A stretch of 64,000 bases of DNA from Bugula neritina (taxonomy: Eukaryota; Animalia; Bryozoa), in assembly GCA_964035545.1 (NCBI GenBank), contig OZ037765.1:23993504-24057503 (forward strand), given 5' to 3'. The notes beneath the pieces were generated by a model. It did not search any database, was not told the DNA's origin, and was given only the letters and a program-made list of their open reading frames with translations. This document shows positions 1 to 15,000 of this stretch, one piece after another. Position numbers and translations under genes: made by a program. Position 1 is the first letter of the stretch. Each line of letters opens with the position of its first letter.

Positions 1-70
1 AGAGCAAAACTCAAAAAACTTGGCTTATAGAATTTTTCCATCAATACAGCTGAATAGTTGAAATGCTAAC

Positions 71-3000
71 CTTTGGACATATAAGTGATCCCGATGGGTA
101 GTTCATGGTGGGCAGAGGGTTATTTGGACAATAGTAGCCACTAGGACAGGATACGCATCCTTCTTCTTCAGAGGTGGCACCAGTTTGGTTACCATAAGTA
201 CCTGTAACGGTGTTGAAATAGGAGTATAAAGTATACTATAAAAGAAAGAGTAGTACACAACTCAGATATGAGAAAGGATATGTGTGCTTAAACACACATG
301 TAGGTCACTCTGTGCAAAATTAAAAAAACATGAAGGCTAAACAAAATTAATTTCTTAAATGTCTATAAATAATTGAATATTTGAAAATTATATTGAGATA
401 CTCATAATGTTTATGGTTAATTGATGTTTGAAAGGCGATTTGAAGATAAAACATTTGTTAGACATATTTTAAAATGATTTAAAACATGTCGAATATTTAA
501 ATCATTTTAGATATTAGACATGATTTAAAATTGAAATTTTATATCAGAAAGTATGCTCTGTGAAATGACATACCAGCTGGACAGGGTGTGAGATCCTTGC
601 CATCAAGGCAGTAGTACCCGAGAGGACAGAGTCCGTCTGCTGGATGAGCAGATTTACTTCCTTCTGGACAAGCGTATCCTGGATCACACTGCTGGCACTC
701 CGTCTGAGCGGTAGAGTTGCTATAGAAACCAGCCTCACATACAACAGGTTCCTGATCAGCAAACTCACAATAGTATCCAGCTGGGCAGGGTATGCATGCG
801 TACTCTCTACCCAGACTATAGTAACCAGGATCACAAGCTACACCTGCATATGAGAACAATATACGAGTGGATTGCACATGTCATATACATACACATCAGT
901 TGAACAGATTTTTATTTATCGAAATATGATGAACATTCTTCATCATAATTTTGAGGCAGAAGAGTTGAAGTGAATATTTATAGACAAAACTTTTCAAATA
1001 CAGGCAAAGATCGAATTAAACAAATGGCAAGTAATTCACATGTCATAAAGAGATACTAGAATGAGTTTTACTGACCAGGACTGGTGGTGTTGGCACATTC
1101 CTCTCCAGCAGGGCAGTCAGTGCAAACAGTGGCTGCAGCTTCAGCGTAAGTACCTCTCACGCATACAGTTATGTAGTTAATGTATATGGAAGGACAGGCA
1201 TAACCTGCGGGGCACTCAACACACGCATCTCTTCCACCCTCACTACAAAATGCCATGACCACTTTACACAACGATGTTATTGCACCAAAAGAATACTATT
1301 TCACCTTGATAGTCTTTGAATTTTCATCATTTAATATAAGAAATAAATAAACAAGCCACTGGTGAGTCAGTGCTTCTAAAAGAATCATGAACAAGATGAG
1401 TGGACAAACCTGCCAGATGCAAAACATACATGCAGCCATTCAAAGACTGTTACTTTTCTTATACCAGTTCAATAAGAACATAAAGTATTTTTAATATCAA
1501 AACAAGTTTTGAACAATTGAAAGAAATTTTAATTAACATTTATAATAAAAAACTTTCGTTAGTAAATATCTGTAATATTTTTACCTATAGAAGCCGGCTG
1601 CACAATCTGCTCTGTTGGTATCAGAGTCCACATCAGGGCATTCTTTGCCAGCAGGACATCTTGTGCACGACTGCTGGTTGCCAATCGAGTAGAAACCAGG
1701 TAAACAGGTAGTCTGCTGATCATTGTTAGTCCAGGGGCATGCAACTCCTAACATCACATAACAACAATAAATGTACTTCACTTTTTGAAAAAATCATATC
1801 ATTTATTGCTTTGAGAGATATTCACTCTTTAACTCTATAACCAACTCATTAAATGTATGTAGCTAACAAAGTTAAACGATATTATATTATATACTTGATT
1901 ATTATTAATTAATTTTGCATACTTTTGCAAATATAACCCATGTGCGAATTATTGAAAAGTTAAATGACAATTATAAAAATGGAATAAGATGCAGTAGAAA
2001 TGGTGTGTATATGGCCAACCTGCGGGACAGTCAGTGCAGTCCGTCAGACCACCAGTAGAGTATGTACCGGCCACACACTTAGCATTCTGACTTCCATCAA
2101 CACTTGGGCACTCCCAGCCGGCAGGACACTCCTGGCAGACACTGGAGCCGGCAAAGGCATACTCTCCAGTTACGCAGTCATGTGACGTACTCTGTGTGGT
2201 GTCATTACATGCTTTACCAGCCAAACACTTGGTGCATTTCCTCGAACCTTCTTCTGCGTATGTTCCTGCAAATGCGTAAAACATGTTACAACAAGTTAAG
2301 AACAACACTAAAAAACATGTATTGATTTTACATTGTGCTTGCTGAATGGATATGCACATTTAGTTTATTAAATAAGCAGTTCAAAAATTAAATATCCCAA
2401 GTAGAACTATTTGATATGTCCTTAATAAGTCAACTCGTAAAGCCTAACCTATCTTCGGAAATATTGTGTAGCTTAACAATTTTTTACTTAGTACATAATA
2501 GATGTGTAATAAAAGGAAATATTAATAAAAATGAAAAAGCATGCATATACTAAAACCCTATGCAGCACAAAGTGTATGACAAGGAAAGTAGAAAAGACAT
2601 ATACTCACCGGCTGGGCAAGTATACATGGTATCTCCAGTAGTAGTGGAAGGACAGGCGCTACCTGCTGGACACGGAGTACACTGGGTGCTGAGACCTGAG
2701 GAGAAAGAGCCTGGAGAGCAGAGAACTGGCTCCACATCTGGCGTAGTACACTTGTAGCCTGGTGGACATCTGGTACAGGTGATGGCATTAGAGAGACTGT
2801 AGTAACCAGCTGTGCAGTTGACTGGAGTCGTCCTGTGGGAGCACAATTATATACAGTGTAAAAGTTGGTAGATGACAAAAATACCAATATATACTAATAT
2901 ATACAAGAGTACATAAGTACTAATAGAGACAGGCAAGAGCACATATCTACTAACATATACATTCAAGTAAAAGTACATAACTAAGATATACAAACAAGAG

Positions 3001-6000
3001 CACATAACTACTAATAAATACAAGCAAAAGCACATAACTACTAATACTCACGACGGATCTTCACAGGAAGTACCGGCAGAGCAGTCAGTACACTGTGTTT
3101 GTCCAGTTTCACCGTTTGTAGTCTGACCAGGTTGGCAGGAGATTGGAGCAGAGTTTTTGAAGGGGCAGGCATACCTTGAATACAGTATAAATGACATGCT
3201 AGAGTAGGTGCTGTTATGTGCTATGGTGTCATAAACATGTTCAAACATTCTTGAGTTCTAATCATGTTCATACAATAGTGGGTTTGTAAAGCATATTTGA
3301 AAAAAATGTTTTTACCAAAAAATAATTGCTAAAACTACATATTAAAAATGTTTGACTACGTTAGAAACAAGTGTATTACATTTCTAATTAGTATAACAAG
3401 GCTATGTAGTCTATAAAATGTACAGCAACACGGAGTATATCATGTGACAATATTATATTGATAATAGTCTGGCAGAACTGGGAGTTAGGTTCGCAATCTC
3501 GGATAAAGTTTTTTTCTCTTTTGATTATTTATCTTGAGGGTCTAGGTAAGTGTTTCCAGGTGAGTGTGGACCTGCCACCCTTGAGCATTTCGAGAAATCC
3601 AAGATGGCCGCCAATTATGAAAAAATCGTAATCTAGTCGGCATAGAGTCTATATTATGTTGCAAAAACAAAATTTTTTTGATGATTAAAATAGATGTGCA
3701 TTTTAGAATGAATATGTGCCATGCCAGTGAAAGAGGAATCAAAGTAAAGAGCCAAGAGACATGTTTCTCAGCTCAAAAATCGGAATTGCTTCAATAAAAC
3801 GTCACATATGGTGCAGAGAAATGATAAAAGGTTTTTGAATAACTGTTTGGACACTGGACAGATATATAAAGAAAAACATTGCTTATTGCCAGTGAATAGA
3901 AAGTGAAAAAAAGATACATATGCAGCATATTGCTCAGCTAAAGTTAAAATTGAACATATATATAATCGTACAAATGCGACAAACTTTCACTCATGTTTAT
4001 ATTAAACACCTTTTTCATTTTTTTCCATCATTAGCATTTGTTAGAAATGTTAGTTCATTGCAGCACACTCTTGTTACTGCTCCACAAGGGTAAAACTCTG
4101 TGCATGAGATAGATGTACTAGAATAGCCATATCTTGTTGTTTTGCGTGATTGTTGGCTTCCACAGGAGCATTTAATGAATTTGGGCCATTTTACTTTATT
4201 TAGTACACATCAGCAGATTATGATCAAACATTTCAAAGTTTGCTCAAAATTCATGAAAACCTACTATATGGGATAATAGAATTCGCTGATTCTATCTATG
4301 GATAACAAAAATGACTGGGAATAGGTCCTACAACATTTAAGCGCGGCGTCATTGTCATACGAGCTAAATATAAATTTGTGAATCATCACGGCCTATATAA
4401 TATCTCAATGTAATAATACATTAGGAATAGACAGCAAACCATGCATAATTGGAAAAGCCTTAATTATTCAGTTTTATTTGTTAAAATTTTGATAGTTTGA
4501 GGCAAAAATCTATATACAATAGCAGCTAAATTGTAAAAAATCGCCAAAAGCTAGAGTCGTCGATTGTACACCAAATTAACTAACATAAGCCACTTCATAA
4601 TACTGTCTGGTGTAAGCACAACATCATTTTCTACTCCTTTTGGGAAAAGAGATTCTGTTAGATTCCCTATCACCTACCAATGTTCTAGTGGGTTTAATGC
4701 CGCAGTTTCATATGGCTACCTGGAGGTGTGCTCTGGTGACATTGTCCGATAGCTTCATCTGTAGGAGGCAAAATATACAAGTTAAAGGCACATCGCAAAT
4801 AGCATTGCTGACCTTGGTTTCCCAAGCCTTTTGTCTTGCAGATGTCATGGAGGAGCACTTTGCATAATTGTAGCAACATAGCATAAACTTGGTAGCTTGT
4901 ATGAATAGTAACCCTGAAAAAAAGCACTAGTGTCACCAAATCACACTTTCCTTTTACCAAGACATTTAGTATGACTCTCTTTCCAATATTTTACATTATT
5001 GTTCCTGAGAGGCCATGGGAAGGCAGCAAATTGTTCATTATAAGGCTTTGTCTCGGACTTTCTCACCCAGTACGCCGTGGTCCAGGATGAGTAGCGGTTT
5101 TGCAGGGCACCAGGTGCTATCAGAGAGTGTCATCTGATTCTATTGTCAACATCTTCATCTGAGAAGCCACATTTCAGTATGCCATCCTTCATTGTATCCA
5201 TTAACCTTTTTTTTGCCCCCCCCCCTCTCTTTCTCTTTCTCTGTATGTTCATCTCAGCTACCATTATAATATCTTCCTTCGTATCTCTTCTGCGCACATT
5301 TCCATACTATTGAAGAGGTCTCCTCCTCATGTCTATTGCGATAGCTTCTATTTTGGCCTCCTCCTTTATATTATCATTTGTTACATGATCTTCCCAATTC
5401 ATATTGTAAATGTTTTGAAGCATCCTCGTCTCAGTTGCACTTATCTGCTTCAAAATTGACAAGAGCAACAGGGTGGCATCATTCTTGGAGTGGGTCATTG
5501 CAGAGTTCAATCTTCCGTTTGACAGACTCCCTGTCCTTGAATCAGATTGGATTCTTGATTGCATCTCAACCCTATGAGTAGTGAAAACATTTATTTCAGA
5601 CTCATCCCTGATGTCACTGAGGCCATACTGTATCTTGTTGCATGCAGAGGTGCTGTACACCCACACTTTGAGAGTTTCGGATTTAGTGGTGATGCCAATG
5701 ATTCCCCTTGCTGTGACCAAATCTTACGAAGGTCACCTCAATGGTCATGTCCGACCAGATGCCGTTGAGCTGGCCGCGTTTATGATGCATTTTGTGGTTA
5801 CCAGCCGTGAATTCAATCCTTACATCTTGTGGCATCACCTCCACGCTATGCAGATATAAGTACATTTCCTCTTTCATTGCTAGGTGTAAGGCCCAGTCTC
5901 ATTCTCTAACAGCTATGACGTGGGTGTTGATGGTAAAATTGGTCCAATAAAGCACATGGCCCACAGTTTTGCTGTTCTTGAGCTCTCTGCAATCTTAATC

Positions 6001-9000
6001 AACATCTTTTCAAGGTCCTTCATGCTAGTGACTACACTTTCATCAAGGCTAGCTTTAACAGTTCTCCCACCAATATTCTCAGACCTTGGAGAAACTTTTT
6101 CTATTTAGCATTTTGGAGAAACCACCAAAAGTAGAATCAACTACTTCTACCAAATCACTTTCAGCTATTAGTGTTCTAGTGCACCCAACATAGGTCATTA
6201 AAAGGGGAGAAATTAATAGTAAACGTTAATAAAAGGGAATTGGTATGAAAAAGGTAGGAAACCACTATTCTAATAGATGTATTACTTCCCTCAGCATGAA
6301 ATACATTTTCATTCATAAAAAACTGTCTACAAATGCTTTTAGAGGAAAATTCAAATGTGCTGATTGTAGAAATAGTGTTCGAAAGCAAAAATGTCAATAT
6401 TTAGATAAATGATGTGTCAATAATAAAGCAATAAAATTATGTTAAGAAGCCATGGTGCTGTGTTATTAAGGTTGTTGACCCTTTTTTATAACTTTAAAGA
6501 ACATAGCTAAAGTTTTAAAACTGAAAATAACTATTAAGTTGGCAGCTCAACAAACCTTTTTGATAGGCATGCCAGTTGGAAATAAATTGCTATTTAGCTC
6601 ATATGGCAACGACGTTGCATTTTAAGTTTGCAGAACCCCTTTCAGCTTTATTTGGTGGACATATTTGTAATCAGCATATAAAATCACACCATATAGTACA
6701 TTTTCATGAAGTTAGAACAAACTGATGCAGAAATGCAAGGAAATTATAAACACGGCAAGGCTAAGTTAAACTTGAAAAAATGAATGATTAAGGCTTAGCT
6801 TAGTTACCGTTGAGTATCATTTGCCTATTACTCAATAATACTTATGATAAAGGCACATGCATCTTTATTATATTAATTTCTAAAGATTTCAAAGCATTGG
6901 AACCTTAAATTTAGCCCCAATGGGTAGGTACATTTGAATTAGAAAAAGTCGCTTGGTGCCTGGCGGCCATCTTGAATTTCTCGAAATGCTCAAGGGTAGG
7001 AAGTCCACACCCACCTGGAAACATTTACCTAGACCATATATTTGAATAATCAAGAGAGAAAAAAACTTTATCCGGGATTGCGAACCTAAGTCAAAAATTG
7101 GCATTTTTCTGCCAGACTATAAGGAAAAAAATCCTTTTTCACACTAATTTCTTCAACTGAACAAGGTTAGAATTTTATAGTATGGAATTTGAAAATAGAT
7201 TTAAAAAGCCTTCTTGAGCAAGTTTGCATATAAATAATATATTGTGTGTAGCATAGTTAATTCGATGAAATTTAACTTGTTAATAGTCTAGTAGTTTAGT
7301 TAGTAGTTACTGTAGATATAACCTACCCTGCAGGACAAATGGTACAGCCCTGCTCTCCCACATAACTATAGTAACCATCATCACATTCTGTCAACTCATC
7401 GGATGGTAAAGTGCAGTTGTACCCAGCTGGACATTCGTAGCACACAGATATATTCTGCAAATATAAATATCCAGTAACAGTGACAACAGGCTAAAAGTCT
7501 ACCATGTTATGTTCTTCAATGCTACTCCTAACTTTAATAGCCAACATGCTAAGTGCTGAGTTTAAGAGGTGCTGAGCAAAAAATTGACAAATATAAATAA
7601 ACTGGTTGTTATATCAAATAACTGCTCCTGTGCCACATACGAATAAGTTCATGACACGCTTTAAAAAACTCTCCATCAGGACTTCTCACGAGGATAGTGA
7701 CTATAAACTTGCACGAGTTTATTTTATATCAAATAAACAAGCTTACCTGGGGGCTATATTGGCCAGCTAAACAAGACTGAGGGGCACTCGACTTGTCCAC
7801 ACACTGGCTGCCGGCATCACATCCCAAACAGGAAGTGTAGGCAGCACCCAAGGCATATTCTCCGGCATCACATGGCAGCGGCAATGATGATTTAACAGGG
7901 CATTTATATCCAGCAGGACACACTGTACATGATAATACCTGGTAAATACAGAAACACAGTCTTAGAGCAGCTCATAATATATAACTAGGAAATTAACAAA
8001 CTGTTAGAAATTAATTTCAATACTAAAAGTTAAAGTCCTTTCAAATCGAAATTTCTATACAAACTTTATGTTTTAGATAATGTTGCATTTAAAAATTAAA
8101 AGCACATTCAGTTATACTAGAACAATAAACTACATTAAATGAACAATTATTCTTCCAATTGTTAGTCATAGACGAATTACCTTTCCACCAATACTGTAAA
8201 AACCATCACCGCAATCTACCGGCTCTTCAGTGATATTATTGCAGCTCTTTCCAGGAGGACAAGAGAGACAGAACTCAGATGCAGGTGGAGCGTACAGACC
8301 TGAAAAACAATTGATCTCATCATGCAACACAGTTTATACTAGGGAGAATTTTTAGTAAGTTGATTGCAACATAAAAAAATACTTTGGGTTTATAATCACT
8401 ATCCCTGTGAGAACCTTTGAGGGAAAAAATTACAACATCAAAACATAGAACAAAATGAATATTATGTCCTCAGCATAGCTTTTAGCCACCAAGTTAGTAG
8501 ATAAAGTTGATCATAAGTAAATGCATGTACTGACCAGCCTCACAAGCAGTGCACGTGCTGTCCCCGGCACCACTGTAGTAACCCTGTTCACAATCAGCGG
8601 GAACTGAGTGATGAGTTCCGTTGAAACAGCTTTGACCGGCCGGACACCTCGGACAAGAATCAGCGCCCCCTGTTGAGTAGTAGCCGTCTGGACAGAGCTA
8701 AAGAGATACAGTGACATTGTGTTACATGATGCACTAAACTAATTATATTATTTATTTATTTATTGGTATTAATAAATATTTATCATATATTATTATAGCT
8801 ATATACTTTTGCCATGTGGTAAAGTTGAAAACAATGCATAAGATAGGTATCCAACCAAAACATAGGACTGCACTCTCAATGATATTATTTGTAAATGTGT
8901 AATTAAATGAACACTATAAACTTTTATTACATAATAAGTGTAAATTACTGTACATTTAATTTTATTGATATTCATTAAAAAATGAGCAGCAGGGTAACTT

Positions 9001-12000
9001 TTAGTCAAATTTAAAAAGTACTTGTATTAATTCATTTAGCTATGTTGAAGTCAGAGCAATCCAAGCAATTATATAAATTTAAATACAATACAAAATGAAA
9101 TATCATATTATACTTAATGTAACATTGTTATGAAATATTTTATGTATCAGTACCATTTAGTCTCTTGATTACTAACTTATTACATGTTACGCAGACACAA
9201 AACATCAGACTTCATTAGCCAGCATATAGTTAAAGCAATATAACTCTACTGTATTGCCCATCAACTTACAATACATCTCATATCTCCTGCCAGACTGTAG
9301 TAACCAGCATCGCAGTCTACAGGTGATGCAGTTTTATCCTCACAAGACTGTCCTGCTGGACACACTTTACACAGTGCCAAACCCTCCACGTCAGCATACA
9401 GTCCATCAGGACAGAGTTGCTGCCCGGCAGCAGCTGACTCACAGTAGTAGCCAACTGGACAGTCGAGACACGCTGTCCCGTTACTGTACTCACCAGCCTG
9501 GAAGTGGTAACACAACGTTATAAGTTCTCAAGATATATTTTAAATAACGTATTAGCAGAATGGCAAGTAAGTTACAAGTTACTAAATACAGCAAAAAGCA
9601 ATTTATAAATTGAAGATTAAACTCATTATACAAACAGGAAATGGATGCAATATAATGCACTTACATTGCAAGGGGAGACAGGGCCACCGCCACATGTAGC
9701 TCCTGCTGGGCATGTTATGCATCCAGTAGATCCAGCAGGTGCATACTGAAATATTATATATACTTTATACATAATGCAATATAAACTATATCATACAAGT
9801 ATTATACTGTGATATATTCCATAAGCTCACATAACAAAACTTCAACATATACTACACGATATACATATAAAATGAGTATACATATAATAACTGAGATTAA
9901 GCACAACATGATTACACTGTAATATAAACTTTTCAAACACCATTTAACTTTCAACTACCTAATTTACCATAAGTCAGTTGGCTGAAACGAAAAATTTAAA
10001 CTAATTATTGCGGAATAGAAACACATTGCATACAGTAAATGGACCTTATTTTCCTTTAATTTGAGAAGAGCAAATAAATAAAATTATGAAAGTAGCCTTT
10101 AATACCTGAGTTCCTGTGATGCATGCAATAGGATCCTGGTCTTTATAAGGACACCTAAAGTTCTCTGGACACTCATTGCATGCCAAGGAGCCATTACTCG
10201 TTGTATAGAAACCATTTGGGCACTGAAATCGTATAGGAAGATAATTACTGTAAGTTAGCATAACTAGAGGAATGTTCTCTACATATATGTACAACACTGC
10301 AATTACACACATCCAACATTAGACCTATATACATCTATATGCAACATTACATTATATCTATACGCATGCAACATTACACCTACATGTATACAGCATTATA
10401 TCTAAATGCATGCAACATTACACCTACATGGATATAACACCTCAAATATATTCTATCACTATACAATCTTCTCAAAATAATAAAAAAGAATTGATATAAA
10501 TTATATATGAACTAATGTAAAGGTAATTTCCAACTAACATATTTGATAGAGTTTACAGAGTTTATAGTAAGAAAAACAAATGCTCACTTCGTTACAAGTT
10601 GTCTGCCCTGAGAGACGTTGATACTGTCCAGCAACACAGCTGACAGGGGAGGCAGCGGGGTCAGCACACTGATGACCTTCAGGACACTCTGTACACAGGT
10701 CTGTGGTATTGCCATCTTTGTAATATCCCGGCTCACACGTGTAACAAGTGACAGAGCTGGCATAGCTGCAGACACCCAATACAAGTATAGTGACATCATC
10801 AGTACTATACGAATACTCTATTATATTATTCTCTAGATGACTTCAGCTAACTCTTAGCAGAGAATTCAAATGCTATAGTCACTGCGTTTCCATTACTTCA
10901 AGTTATGCAAATGGATGCTCGTATGGATTTTTTGTGGTTGCAGTTTACATTAACTTATGATTGTGATTTCATTCTATGCAACTGTTTCCAAACATTGAAT
11001 GCAAAATCCATTTGCATAATTTGAAGTTTGGAAATGAAGCGATTATCTATTTGTTGCTATTACTATTCCAGCTTCAGATACATGATTTTTATTTACTTTA
11101 CGAGGTAGTATTCTGAAATAAAAGTCGTATAGTTTGTATGTTAAGTCATTATTGCCAACACTTGATTACTATCTTCATTTGTAAAGTTTACTATAAAGCT
11201 ACATCAGATTCATAACAAATGAATAATATTGGACTCACCTATATAATCCAACACCACAGAGCACGGGCAGGCCGGTGTTAGTCGGACATTTGTAGCCTTC
11301 CGGGCATTGGGTGCAGTTATCCGCTCCGTTTGAGCTATACGAGCCTGTACAACAGTACTATTGTGCAATGGCAACATTGAGTGTGTTTATTTCAATACTC
11401 ATACCTAATACCAGTACTAAAACATATTTATACCAAATACTATTATTAAAATTACTGATATTAAATATTAGCAAGTTAAAAATACTAATATTTATTACTA
11501 GTACTAATACATACTTATACCTAGCACTAATACTAAGAAATAACCTAACTATTATTATATATATATTTGTATTGACTTCAGAATACCCGATTCACAAGCT
11601 GAGCAGACTTCCTGCCCGAGGATGCTGTAAGTTCCTGCCTCACACTCCGTAGCAGTAGACACATTACACTGACTGCCAGCTGGACACAGCTCACACACAC
11701 CGTTGGCAACTGGCAAATAATATCCTAGAATACAAAACATACCACGTTCTTAGCATATATACTGTGTAGACCCGGCTATGACAATACCTATATTTACATC
11801 TATACCACGCAATGCAAATACCTTGAACACACGACACACAGTCTTCTTGCAGCTCTTCACTTCTGTACCCAGCATCACATACAGACTTTGCAGTTTTGTT
11901 ACAACTGTAGCCAGCTGGGCAGACTAGACACGAATCATTCCCTTCTAATGGCTGGTAGTACCCTGAACATACAACATAAGTATTGCGCTATGAACAAGCT

Positions 12001-15000
12001 CAGCTGTCTCTACAGAAGTTTATCTGCATAAATAATATAATATACTATATCTGTTAAATTTTAATTACCATAGTGATTCCAATTAGCATAATTCTAATGG
12101 TAATATTGATATTGTACCCTATACATAAAACTCTTATAATACCTACTACTTTTAGTTTATTATTCATATATACTTATGAACTGCAAATACAGTTACCAAA
12201 ATTTCAACTTCAAAGCAATTTCGTCTTGGGAGAACAACTCCATACTGCAGAATATAGTGTAAACTGTCAGTTTCAGTTAAACTGTTTTTATTTGTTAATA
12301 AATGCTTACCTTCCAAGCATGTTAGACACTCAAGCTGACCCAGCGCACTAAAGCTGCCGGCATCGCATATTGTAGCAGCAGTGGAGTTGCAGCTGTAGCC
12401 TGCTGGACACGGACTACATTCCTCCTGGCCAGGAGAAGGCTGGTAGTAACCTGTACATTAGTAACCTGTACATTAGTAACCTGTACATTAGTAACCTGTA
12501 CATTAGTAACCTGTACATTAGTAACCTGTTCATTAGTAACCTGTTCATTAGTAAGCTGTACATTAGTAAGCTGTACATTAGTAAGCTGTCAAAGTTTCAT
12601 GCATATAACAAGAATAAGACAACTCTGCAGGAAGTACTATAAGCTACAGCTAACTAACACAAGCAAGCTGTTAGTTACGAGGCGAACCAGCACTTGAGAA
12701 ACTTCCATATAACAGGAAATAAGCACACTGCTATAACACGCGAACACACTTGGCTTTTGCAATACTTTGTTTAAAAGCTCTGCATATTTTAGGACTGACA
12801 AAAGCAATTAGAAGCCTTTTTCAATACTATAGAAATTGCTCTAGATTTAGAAAGAAAAGCTGACTACACCATGAGGGTTACGACCACCAACTATACCTGT
12901 AGCGCAGATAAGGCACTCTTTTAACCCTAGTGAGCTGTATGTCCCTTCTGGGCATATTTGTGCACTAGTGGCATTACAAGAATAGCCCAGGGGACACAAC
13001 TCACAAGAGCTATTTCCCAAATAATAGCCTATAAGTGAAAATAACAGAGTAAACAAAAGGTTAAAATACAATGACTGCAGGTAAACTGTAAGTATGCAGA
13101 TAACAACTGTGGCAGCATTAGCAGCATACTAAGCGTATACATTACCTTGAGGACAGGTGATACAGTCAGCTACTCCAAGAGGACTGACATAATTATCAGG
13201 ACAAAGTTGAGAATGAGTTGAGTTACAAGAAGATCCAGCAGGACACTGATCACACTCTGATTGTCCTCCAAGTGGCTGGTAGTATCCTGTGGGTATAGAA
13301 GATGAGATGTGTAATCGGACACAGGTTATTAACAAAATTCTAGGCAATGATTTCATTGTTTACTTACTATAAAATTAGTTGACTAAAATAAACAAATATT
13401 TCAATGATACTCCATAAATACTAATAGCACATTCCACTTTATGTAATGTAATGTAATATCACTTTTCCAGTAAAACACAAATTAAACTAGACACCCATAC
13501 AATATATAAATTTTAATATCTACAAGGTGGAAAAACCGTACAGTGAAGATTACTGTATAGCATAATAGGCTAACCTAGAAAAGTAACTGTGCTTAACTAA
13601 TGGCATAGCTCAATCACTACACAGAAATATAAAAAATACAAACTCCTTACTTCTAGTATTTTAAAAAACTGATAAAAGCAATTGAGCTACTAGTCAATTA
13701 GGTATGCAGTTTTATGAAGAAAATAATGAAAAAGAACAGAAAAAGAAAAGTTTTTAAATATAAGAGACACGATTACAGAAGTTATCAGACTAACTAATGC
13801 AGTCTCTTTTTCATAAATTTTAATAATTAGAAAATTTTATAGGAATTTGAAGTAGCTCACTAGCAATAGAATATGTCGAACAGCCAATTACACACGAACA
13901 GCCAATTACACACGCTAAATAACAGTTGCAAAAAGCTATTCATTGAGAAATAAGAACAATTACCCTGTAAACAGGCTGTGCAGGCCATTTGACCAAAGGC
14001 ACTGACAGTTCCAGCCTCACAGTCGACAGCAGCAGTGAGGTTGCACTCTTTACCACCCGGGCACTGGATACATGAAGAGTTGGACTCTACTGGCTGATAG
14101 AATCCTGTGACATAAATTTGAGAATCATTCAGTGAAACATGGCCACAGGATAATAAATATGATACAGCTAAAAAAAGGTATTGGAAAAAATATTACATAA
14201 CTCGGTACTAAACCAATCATGTATACATTACCGTGAGGACAAGAAGTACAGTCAGCTACTCCAAGAGGACTGACATAATTATCAGGACAAAGTTGAGAAT
14301 GAGTTGAGTTACAGGAAGATCCAGCAGGACACTGATCACACTCTGATTGTCCTCCAACTGGCTGGTAGTATCCTGTGGGCAAGACACGAGAGAAGCAAAA
14401 TAAGAACTAACAGCTTACTAAGTTAGAACTCTCATCCTTATTGTCATTAAAAATCTTGAAAAATTTATAAATCAAGTGCCATCATCGTGATTTCAACTGA
14501 GTCAAAAATTCATTCTCTAAAAATCATGATTTTGAACTTTTGGACATGATATTTAGAACTACTATTGCAGCAATTTGGAAATAATAAAATTAGTAGGACT
14601 ACCTAAGTCCTAAAACATACGTCCATAAACACAAAACCCAAAAGTTTATTTACTTTAGTAACTAAAAAATATTGATTTATTACGTTTTCAAACTCCAATA
14701 TGGCTTTTGTTAAAAAGAGCAGTAGATAGAAATAGCTTCTCTGGCTAGAATTTCTCAATAAAACAAATAATTAGATACGACAGTAGCCTCCAATTGGTGT
14801 ATATTCCGACATTTTATAGATACCCATATTATGCATCATATACACAGCCACAACCAGCTTTATTTCCATTAAGGAAATAGTTTTATCATACAGTAACACA
14901 AACTTAAGACAACATTGCAATCATAACTGCAGAATCAACAATTATCACATAAGTAAAAACTGGTGATTCTACAAATAAGCGAAAAAGAGAGAACAGTTAC

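Larger units (their letters stand above)
3465..7119 (-). mobile_element. Academ-superfamily DNA transposon, internally deleted and decayed, in an intron of the Cys-rich gene
   Basis: Termini TAGTCTGGCAGAA...TTCTGCCAGACTA. 3-bp direct repeat TAA at 3462-3464 and 7120-7122. Imperfect ~150-bp TIRs (3465-3615 / 6960-7119) containing CAAGATGGCCGCC. Minus-strand transposase remnants inside. Confidence 0.85.

Noticed and set aside
5307-5720. 137-aa ORF as a real gene
   Set aside because: Chance in-frame fusion of a decayed Academ transposase segment and an RTE-LINE tail, bounded by frameshifts and stops.
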